A DNA stretch of 64,000 nucleotides from assembly GCA_965242965.1 (NCBI GenBank), contig OZ251518.1:2560001-2624000 (forward strand). The letters run 5' to 3'. The translations under genes and the position numbers were made by a program. Below the pieces are notes generated by a model that did not search any database, was not told the origin of the DNA, and was given only the letters and a program-made list of their open reading frames with translations. This document shows, one piece after another, positions 56,702 to 64,000 of the stretch. The DNA is from Candidatus Poribacteria bacterium (GTDB lineage Bacteria; Poribacteria; WGA-4E; WGA-3G). Every line of letters begins with the position of its first letter. The first letter of the stretch is position 1.

Positions 56702-59700
56702 ATGAAACCTAAAAACTATGCAACGCCAATCGCTATCGCGCTTCTGATATGCGCACTCACCGTGTTTAACGGGTGCGTCAGGAGAGAAGCAACACGAAAG
56801 GCAGACTGGGAGACGCACTTTACCGACATCCACTTCGTCAACGCGAAACTGGGGTGGATTGTCGGCTTGGAAGGACTTATCATCCACACGAAAGACGGCG
56901 GAAAAACGTGGCAGCAACAGGAAACTGACATCACCGGCGACTTCAAAGCCGTCTACTTTACCAACGCGCAGTATGGCTGGGCTGTCGGTGACGAGGGCCT
57001 CATCGCCACGACAGATGATGGCGGCAGATACTGGACGCTGCAGCGGAGCGGCACGTATGCTATGCTCCGAGATGTTTTCTTCGCCAATTCTAAAGAGGGT
57101 TGGATCGTCGGTGAAGATGCCGATGTGCTTTATACCGAAAACGGCGGGAAAGCGTGGCACCGCTACGAATATGTCAGCGAGTTCCCGCTTAACGGCGTTT
57201 GGTTCGTGAACGATTCACGGGGTTGGATTGTCGGCGAATATGACAGGATTTTTCATACTGAAACCGCTGGCAAAGAATGGCGTGAACAGAGCAACCGCTT
57301 TGAAGGCGAACGCGACCGGATGATTAACGATAACAAAAAAATCTTCTTCATTAGCGACAATGAAGGTTGGATTACCGGCAGCGACGGCTCGATTTTCCAC
57401 ACGACTACCGGCGGCGCAACTTGGGAACGCCAAGACAGCCGCATCCCACTCATCAATGGACATGTCCGCGATACTGTCAACAGCATCCATTTCACCGATG
57501 ACAACTACGGCATCGCCGTCGCGGATGTCGGGTTTATCACGCGCACTGAAGATGGCGGTGATAATTGGCAGCTAATGGAGAGCGGCACCGAAAATAATCT
57601 GACCGCGGTGCAATGGACTTCCCGCAAAGAGGCGTGGGCAGTCGGTTGGTACGGCACGATTCTGCACACGGAAGATGCAGGCGCGACCTGGACGATAACC
57701 AGTGGGACGACGGCAAATGACTTGCAGAATGTTCAGTTTACCGATGCGAATCGCGCTATTGCTGTCGGCAGACGCGGCACAATGACGATGAGCAATGATG
57801 GCGGCCAAACGTGGAACGAACTTGACACCGACATCTGGGACGGTATCTGGAACATCTATTTTGCCACCGATAAACACGGTTGGGCAGTCGGCGAACGCGG
57901 GCTCATCGTGCATACCAACGATGGCGGCGCGAATTGGGAACGTCAATTTGGCGGCGGCGGCTATACCCTCCGTTCTGTCCATTTTATTAGCCCGAAGAAA
58001 GGGTGGATTGTCGGTGATCTCAGCACAATCCTGCACACCGCAGATGGCGGCGAAACGTGGGTGCAGCAATCCCCCGGCGAATTCCACATGCTCAAAGGCG
58101 TTTATTTCCTGAACGAAAAGAGAGGTTGGGCAATCGGGTGGCCCGGCATCTGTCTGACTACGCATGATGGCGGGCTGACCTGGAGTCCCCAAACCACCGG
58201 CACCTACAATGAGCTCTACGCTGTCTATTTTGCCGATGAAAACACCGGCTGGATTGTCGGGCAATTCGGCGAGATTTTGTTCACTAAAAACGGCGGCGCG
58301 AAGTGGAATTTTCAGCGCAGCGGCACGCAAGAAAATCTAAATAAACTCTATTTCGCCGATACGCAGCACGGCTTGATTGTCGGAGATAACGGCGCGATGC
58401 TCACCACGACAAACGGCGGCGCGAAGTGGGAATTGCAAGAGAGTGGCACGGACAACGATCTCTACGGGTTAGCACTCTCTCCGCAGGGAGTCGTCGCGGT
58501 AGGGAAGGGCGGCATTGCGATGCGGTATTCGGTAGAAGAAGCGGAACTCCCGGCGAAACTGCCGCCTGTTGCAGAGGAAGTGGCGGAGGCAGAGGCGGAA
58601 GAGGAACCGCTCACCCCGGTCGTTTATCATTGGGATATTATCCGTCAAGCGACGTGGCAGACTAACTTCTCCGATACGCATTTCGTTAATGCACAGAACG
58701 GTTGGGCAGTAGGTTCAAGCGGTGTCATCGCGCATACTACAGATGGGGGAAAAACGTGGCTGCCGCATCACAGCGGTGTGAGTGAAAATTTGCGCCAAGT
58801 CGAATTCTTTGATGAGAAACACGGCTGGATTTTCGGGCCCGGTATCTTGCTCCGCACAGAGAACGCCGGTGAGACGTGGCAGGTTATCCGAAAGACGGTG
58901 CAAAACCTGCGCGGCATCAGCACGGTGCAATTCCTCAACCCACAAGAGGGATGGCTCGGCGCGGACATCGGACAAACCTTGCACACCACCGATGGCGGCA
59001 AGACGTGGAAACTTCAGAAAACCGGCACGACGATGCAACCCATCGCGGATCTCCACTTCATCAACAGTCAGGAGGGATGGGCTGTCACTCCACAGCGTAG
59101 AGATGGCGGCTTTATCCTTCACACCGTCGATGGCGGCGATTATTGGAAGATTCAGGCGAAGACTAACCATGTCGGTGTCGCTGTCCATTTTGCGGATGCG
59201 ACGAACGGCTGGGTGGTTTTGGGGGATGGCAATTCGCTGTTGACTACTGATGGCGGTGAGACATGGAAATTGCGCACGGCGAAATCGGGCGCGCGCGGGC
59301 TCCGACGCGTGACGTTCCGTTCACATACAGACGCGTGGGCCTTCGGCGCGGGCGGCACCGCCTTCATCACTGATAATCAAGGTGAAAGTTGGAAGGCAAT
59401 CCCTGTCTCCATCCCCGATACCGTAGCGCGAGGGCCTGTCCCTCGCGATGCTGAAGACACCGCCGCCGATACCGTAGCGCGAGGGCCTGTCCCTCGCGAT
59501 GCTGAAGACACCGCCGCCGATACCGTAGCACGAGGGCCTGTCCCTCGCGATGCTGAAGACGAAAAATCAGAAGGCACCACCCTACAATATGACGAGGCAC
59601 CGACCGATGCAATCCAGAGACAACTCCGGTCTCAGACACAACGTCCCGGACGCTTCGCGCCAGAGGGTGAACTTCCACCTGATAACGCTGAGAAGAATCA

Positions 59701-60793
59701 AGACCGGGAAGTCTCGCCTACTGAAGGAAATCAAGACCGGGAGGACTCGCCTACTAGAAGACGGCGACGCGGGGCACAGGACATTGCCAGTGTCTATTTC
59801 TTGAACGCAGAGCAGGCGTGGGCAGTCGGCAGCGCGGGCAAGATCTACCACACCGCAGATAGCGGCCAGACCTGGGAACGCCAACTCGGCGAAACACAAG
59901 TGGATAACTTCCGTGACATCCTCTTCTACGATGAAAAACACGGTTGGATAGCAGGCGACAGCGGTGTGCTTCTGGAAACGCAAGATGGCGGCGAGAATTG
60001 GAAATCGCTGCGGAGTCAGACGCGCCAACGCCTCATCGGTGTCCACTTTACCAGTCTCGAACCGAAATGGGGTTGGGCAATGCAGCGCGATGGAACGGTG
60101 CTTTATACCACCGACGGCCAGGCGTGGACAGCGGGTGATACCCCGGAAAGACCGCCGTTTATAGAGGGGGATCCGCCTCGCAGCTTCGCCATGAACGCCA
60201 TTGACTTCGGCAAGTTCTCCGAAGGATGGGCAGCAGGCAGCGACGGGCAAATTATCCATAATAAAGATGGAGGCCCGACGTGGACACCGCAACGCACGAC
60301 TACCGGCAAAGATTTGATAGATATTGACATGAAGTTCGCGCCGCTTGGTTGGGCGGTGGGACATAGCGGCATTATCCAACGCACCATCAACGGTGGCGAG
60401 TATTGGCGATTCCATGAAACGCAGACAGGCTATGATCTGAACGCCGTTTCCTTCATCGCCAAGCGGAAGGGGTGGGCGGTTGGACTGCACGGCATCGTCT
60501 TGAAAACCACCGATGGCGGGTTCACGTGGCAGGCGAAATCGAGCGGAACGACTAAAACGCTCCACGGCATTTTGGCATTATCCGAAGACGAGCTCTACGT
60601 CGTCGGCGAAAAGGGGACCATCCTCCGTTCAACCGATGGCGGTGAGACGTGGGAACAGGAGCATACCGATATAGACAATGCCCTTTACGTCATCACGCGT
60701 GCGAAAGATGGGAGTGCGCTGTGGGTGGTAGGGCAGTGGGGTATCGTCCTTCGTCGGCAGTTAGAAAGCCCTGAGCGCGTGACGATGCGTTAG
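56702..60793 (+). CDS. YCF48/BNR-repeat multi-beta-propeller protein, probable lipoprotein
   Basis: Many 'GWxVG..G.I.hT.DGG.tW' repeats; lipobox-like FNGC; in-frame REP-derived linker. Confidence 0.9.
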   Translation: MKPKNYATPIAIALLICALTVFNGCVRREATRKADWETHFTDIHFVNAKLGWIVGLEGLIIHTKDGGKTWQQQETDITGDFKAVYFTNAQYGWAVGDEGLIATTDDGGRYWTLQRSGTYAMLRDVFFANSKEGWIVGEDADVLYTENGGKAWHRYEYVSEFPLNGVWFVNDSRGWIVGEYDRIFHTETAGKEWREQSNRFEGERDRMINDNKKIFFISDNEGWITGSDGSIFHTTTGGATWERQDSRIPLINGHVRDTVNSIHFTDDNYGIAVADVGFITRTEDGGDNWQLMESGTENNLTAVQWTSRKEAWAVGWYGTILHTEDAGATWTITSGTTANDLQNVQFTDANRAIAVGRRGTMTMSNDGGQTWNELDTDIWDGIWNIYFATDKHGWAVGERGLIVHTNDGGANWERQFGGGGYTLRSVHFISPKKGWIVGDLSTILHTADGGETWVQQSPGEFHMLKGVYFLNEKRGWAIGWPGICLTTHDGGLTWSPQTTGTYNELYAVYFADENTGWIVGQFGEILFTKNGGAKWNFQRSGTQENLNKLYFADTQHGLIVGDNGAMLTTTNGGAKWELQESGTDNDLYGLALSPQGVVAVGKGGIAMRYSVEEAELPAKLPPVAEEVAEAEAEEEPLTPVVYHWDIIRQATWQTNFSDTHFVNAQNGWAVGSSGVIAHTTDGGKTWLPHHSGVSENLRQVEFFDEKHGWIFGPGILLRTENAGETWQVIRKTVQNLRGISTVQFLNPQEGWLGADIGQTLHTTDGGKTWKLQKTGTTMQPIADLHFINSQEGWAVTPQRRDGGFILHTVDGGDYWKIQAKTNHVGVAVHFADATNGWVVLGDGNSLLTTDGGETWKLRTAKSGARGLRRVTFRSHTDAWAFGAGGTAFITDNQGESWKAIPVSIPDTVARGPVPRDAEDTAADTVARGPVPRDAEDTAADTVARGPVPRDAEDEKSEGTTLQYDEAPTDAIQRQLRSQTQRPGRFAPEGELPPDNAEKNQDREVSPTEGNQDREDSPTRRRRRGAQDIASVYFLNAEQAWAVGSAGKIYHTADSGQTWERQLGETQVDNFRDILFYDEKHGWIAGDSGVLLETQDGGENWKSLRSQTRQRLIGVHFTSLEPKWGWAMQRDGTVLYTTDGQAWTAGDTPERPPFIEGDPPRSFAMNAIDFGKFSEGWAAGSDGQIIHNKDGGPTWTPQRTTTGKDLIDIDMKFAPLGWAVGHSGIIQRTINGGEYWRFHETQTGYDLNAVSFIAKRKGWAVGLHGIVLKTTDGGFTWQAKSSGTTKTLHGILALSEDELYVVGEKGTILRSTDGGETWEQEHTDIDNALYVITRAKDGSALWVVGQWGIVLRRQLESPERVTMR

Positions 60794-60814
60794 GGGAATA
60801 ACCTGTGAGTTCTG

Positions 60815-60940
60815 TTGGCGAGGGAAGCCTGTCCCTCGCCATACCACAAGCATGCCATGCCACCGTAGGGCGAGGGCCTGTCCCTCGCCATGCCACGATC
60901 TTTCACTAATTCGTAGGGCGAAGGTCTGTCCCTCGCTTTA
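60815..60940. repeat. REP cluster
   Basis: CCTGTCCCTCGCC-type units. Confidence 0.8.
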
Positions 60941-61000
60941 CGGTTCGCTTACTTTCAGGAACTTTCCCTAGCGAACCTAGCAGTAAGGACAATATACCAG

Positions 61001-61327
61001 ATGAAAAAGATAAGCACCATTGAGGCATCGAAACATCCGAACGTCAAAATCGCCGTGCGGAATTTCGGTCCGATTGCGGAAGGCACTGTCGACTTGCGTC
61101 CGTTGACAGTCTTTGTCGGCCCGAGCAACACAGGGAAAACCTATTTTTCTACGCTGCTTTATACGTTGCACCGGAGTTTTGCGGGTTTCCCACTTGTGAG
61201 GAAAATGCTTGAGAACATCAGCCGACACAAACTGTATAATCCTGCCAATCCTATAATCTTGTCAATCCGCGATTCAGACAAATGCAGCACTGCGCATTTT
61301 TCTCTTGAAATTTCCCCCAAATTATGA
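61001..61327 (+). pseudogene. 5' fragment of an AAA_15-type ATPase
   Basis: HPNVKIAVRNFGPIAEGTVDLRPLTVFVGPSNTGKTYFSTL is nearly identical to the start of 41021-42568; it then degenerates into AATCCT repeats. Confidence 0.8.
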
Positions 61328-61366
61328 TAAAATTCTATCAATCTATAAAAGGCAAATTCGTAAACA

Positions 61367-62335
61367 ATGAAATCAAAATCCAGCAAATCCTTACTCATCT
61401 CCATAGCATTGCACACCATCGTCGGCGTAATCGGGTTTTTCTTCTGGTTCAGCACCAAACCGACGCAGGATGTCACCGGCATCAATGCGATGCTTATCTC
61501 GGAAGAGAAGCCGAAGGTGCGACGCATCACGCCGCCGAAACGTCCGCAAGTCCAACAGCCGACGACGCGGACGGTGAGTGAACCGCGCCTGAAAATCCTC
61601 ACGAGCAACGCGCCACCTAGCCGCCGGGGCGTAGTCTCCGCGGCAGAACCGGCACCGTTCCAGCCGTTCGGAGAACTCAACGTTGGCGATGCTGTCGGAC
61701 CGGCGACGACTACCGTTGAATTTGAAGGCGCGCCGCGTGTGCAGAAGAGCATTGAACGTCCCTTTGTCAAGAAACCGAAGACAGAGACGCGCCCCAAAAG
61801 CAGGTTGGTGAAGTTCATTGAAGCACAGGAGGGCGCGCAACGCATCGTCTACTGCATCGATCTCTCTACCAGCATGCAGAATCTCCCCGAAGCGAAACTG
61901 CGGAAGATCATCCACCTCATGCGCGATTCGCTGACTTTCCTTGAGGCACACGATAGTTTTAACATCATGGCGTTTAGCGCGGAACTCGTCGTTTATCAGG
62001 GCGGCTTTGTCCCGGTAACAGAGGAGACGGTGAGCGCGGGGGCGGCATATCTGGCGGACATCAAAACGCAGTTACGGACAAAAGGCACCGATCAGGACAT
62101 GTTAACGGCGTTGACAGCGGTAGCCGAGACTGCGCCGACAATTGTTGTCCTCTTTAGCGACGGCATTCCGACGACGCTTGAGAGCCCAGACCTGGGGGTA
62201 GTTGGGCGACACGCAGCGGGCAATGGCCGGATTTTCGCCATGGGCATCGGGATGGCACCGAATTTCCCAGGGGCGGTGATGTTGAAGCAGCTCGCCAATG
62301 TTAGCGAAGGTGAGCTCTGGCTGGTGGATAGGTAA
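61367..62335 (+). CDS. Membrane-anchored VWA-domain protein
   Basis: SIALH TM anchor, Pro/Lys-rich linker, MIDAS DLSTSM, LFSDG. Confidence 0.85.
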   Translation: MKSKSSKSLLISIALHTIVGVIGFFFWFSTKPTQDVTGINAMLISEEKPKVRRITPPKRPQVQQPTTRTVSEPRLKILTSNAPPSRRGVVSAAEPAPFQPFGELNVGDAVGPATTTVEFEGAPRVQKSIERPFVKKPKTETRPKSRLVKFIEAQEGAQRIVYCIDLSTSMQNLPEAKLRKIIHLMRDSLTFLEAHDSFNIMAFSAELVVYQGGFVPVTEETVSAGAAYLADIKTQLRTKGTDQDMLTALTAVAETAPTIVVLFSDGIPTTLESPDLGVVGRHAAGNGRIFAMGIGMAPNFPGAVMLKQLANVSEGELWLVDR

Positions 62336-62359
62336 TGCAAACTAGATAACGTGCACCTC

Positions 62360-62553
62360 ACCGTAGGGCGAAGGCCTGTCCCTCGCACGCGTTTGATGAC
62401 CCCGAGCATGGCGGAGGACAGGCCCCCGCACTACGCTCAAAGCAATGCAAATTGGATAACGTTTACCTCACCGTAGCGCGAGGGCCTGTCCCTCGCACGC
62501 GTTAATTCATGAACAAACCGCAGCATGGCGGAGGACAGGCCCCCGCCCTACGT
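62360..62553. repeat. Two inverted REP pairs
   Basis: GATAACGT...CTCACCGTAG...CCTGTCCCTCGCAC...GGACAGGCCCCCGC unit duplicated. Confidence 0.85.
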
Positions 62554-62590
62554 TCCAAGCGCAGTATCGCATCAATGCGAAACAAAACAC

Positions 62591-63511
62591 ATGAACAACC
62601 CCAATCCAAAATCGAAACAGCGCGGCACCCAAACTAGCGAGTTCGGAATGCCGAAAAGAGTCGGGCACGATTCCAGCGCGTTTTACAATAGCCAACTTTA
62701 TGCAGACCAGGGATTGCCTAAAGTTGACGAGTGGATAGAAAACCCGATCCCAGCCGAAACGCTAAACCGCCTCTATTGCAAAACTAGCGTGCAGATGAGC
62801 GAAATTCCCGATGGCAGCGTCCATCTGATGGTAACCTCGCCGCCCTACAACGCGAAAAAGGAATACGACGAGGATTTATCGCTGGTGGAGTATCGTGAGC
62901 TGCTCAGGGCAGTCTTCGCCGAGACGTATCGGACATTGGTGACAGGCGGCAGAGCCTGCATTAATATCGCGAATTTAGGAAGGAAACCCTACATTCCGTT
63001 GCACAGTTATATCATTGAAGATATGCTGGAAATCGGCTACTACATGCGCGGGGAGATTATCTGGGACAAAGGTTCAAGCGCGGGTTCATCAACGGCATGG
63101 GGGAGTTGGATGTCAGCGGCGAATCCGGTGCTGCGGGATGTCCACGAATACATCCTCGTCTTTTCCAAGGATTCGTTATCGCGGAAACACAACGGCAAAC
63201 CGAACTCAATCTGCAAAGAGGATTTTTTGGAATGCACGAAAAGTGTATGGACGTTCTCGTCAGTCTCGGCGAGAAGCATTGGGCATCCCGCGCCGTTCCC
63301 GGAGGAGTTGCCGCACCGCCTGATTCAGTTGTATACGTTTGAAGGCGATGTCGTCTTGGATCCGTTTTGTGGCAGTGGGACAACCTGCTTGAGCGCGTTG
63401 AAAGCCGGGCGGCACTATATCGGTTATGACGTTGAGGAAAAGTATATCGCGCTCGCCAATGAGAGGATTAAGGAGTATGCGTCGCAAACGCGTCTGTTTG
63501 AAGCGGGTTAG
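62591..63511 (+). CDS. Site-specific DNA methyltransferase (N4-C/N6-A, beta class)
   Basis: VTSPPY precedes HPAPFP and VLDPFCGSGTT; probable start MNNPNP at 62591. Confidence 0.92.
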   Translation: MNNPNPKSKQRGTQTSEFGMPKRVGHDSSAFYNSQLYADQGLPKVDEWIENPIPAETLNRLYCKTSVQMSEIPDGSVHLMVTSPPYNAKKEYDEDLSLVEYRELLRAVFAETYRTLVTGGRACINIANLGRKPYIPLHSYIIEDMLEIGYYMRGEIIWDKGSSAGSSTAWGSWMSAANPVLRDVHEYILVFSKDSLSRKHNGKPNSICKEDFLECTKSVWTFSSVSARSIGHPAPFPEELPHRLIQLYTFEGDVVLDPFCGSGTTCLSALKAGRHYIGYDVEEKYIALANERIKEYASQTRLFEAG

Positions 63512-63550
63512 GAAGGACTCAAACGTCAAGGTGATTCGCATAACGAAATT

Positions 63551-63579
63551 TTGACATCCTGAGCAAAATCTGTTAAAAT
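63551..63579 (+). promoter_or_regulatory. sigma70-type promoter
   Basis: TTGACA-N17-TAAAAT. Confidence 0.65.
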
Positions 63580-63620
63580 AGTCACATAATTGATGACGAT
63601 GAACACTGGAGGGAAGAAAA

Positions 63621-64000
63621 ATGAGACGAACCACGGACAAACGCCACGGCAAATCTGGGCATAGCGAGAGCCAGGCATTCGCGATACGGAACAAGAGGGG
63701 GAAAGGCTGTCGCCTCTTACTCTGCTTGTTCGCCATCGGTTTCTTTGCAACTGTCGGCGCGGCGCAGGTGGAAGAGATGGCCATCGGCAACACGTTCGGC
63801 ATTGGCGCGCGGGAAATGGGCATGGGCGGCGCATCCCTCGGACTCGCAGACGATTACACCGCGCTCTATTGGAATCCCGCTGGCTTAGCCCAAATCCGCG
63901 AGTTTGAGCTTTTCAGCAGCTTCTCGCATAACACCGCGACCGCGGATACTACGTTTGCTGGCGCGGAGACAACCGGCACGAGCCGCTCACAGGTGCGGCC
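63621..64000 (+). CDS. FadL/OmpP1/PorV-like outer-membrane protein, N-terminal part (runs off window end)
   Basis: Not in the ORF track. Manual translation gives a signal peptide, then GIGAREMGMGGA...DDYTALYWNPAGLA; GGAGG RBS. Confidence 0.8.
   Translation, partial: MRRTTDKRHGKSGHSESQAFAIRNKRGKGCRLLLCLFAIGFFATVGAAQVEEMAIGNTFGIGAREMGMGGASLGLADDYTALYWNPAGLAQIREFELFSSFSHNTATADTTFAGAETTGTSRSQVR

Noticed and set aside
1597-62695. Many short track ORFs containing ARGPVPR, GTGPRPT, RDRPSPY or ACPSPC peptides
   Set aside because: They are translations of intergenic REP palindromes; they also falsely extend the N-termini of real genes (e.g. track starts 4277, 7428, 21246, 31046, 43493, 62525).
62591-63511. 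Complete type II restriction-modification system
   Set aside because: No adjacent endonuclease gene; it looks like an orphan methyltransferase.

Overview
This is a 64-kb bacterial chromosomal window. The gene content (sulfatases, PhyH dioxygenases, a lamin-tail-domain surface protein, FGE/dockerin, YCF48 and OPT-like membrane proteins) suggests Candidatus Poribacteria or a similar sponge-associated lineage, which is an inference. Housekeeping genes include yebC-ruvC-ruvA-ruvB-queA-yajC, maf, mazG-nadD, nfi and an alaC-like aminotransferase. Accessory genes include a corrinoid protein with its activator, a tyrosinase/heme-peroxidase cluster, AAA ATPases and two DNA methyltransferases. Almost every intergenic region carries GTAG-led palindromic REP-like repeats, often packaged between GAGGGTGTTTCATA inverted repeats. 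Main discoveries: (1) three consecutive 'ORFs' at 23444-24505 form one exported tandem peroxiredoxin with two in-frame UGA codons at the catalytic positions, each followed by a SECIS-like hairpin; (2) a large surface-protein gene is split by a C10 tract in its leader, a candidate phase-variation switch; (3) composite REP-carrying MITE-like elements sit at stop codons, and REP units are embedded in frame in several proteins; (4) a tyrosinase + small protein + heme peroxidase operon; (5) a PhyH pair with a halogenase-like HxG motif in one copy and lost metal ligands in the other. No tRNA, rRNA, cas gene, transposase or reverse transcriptase was recognised. All calls are by eye, with no database searches.
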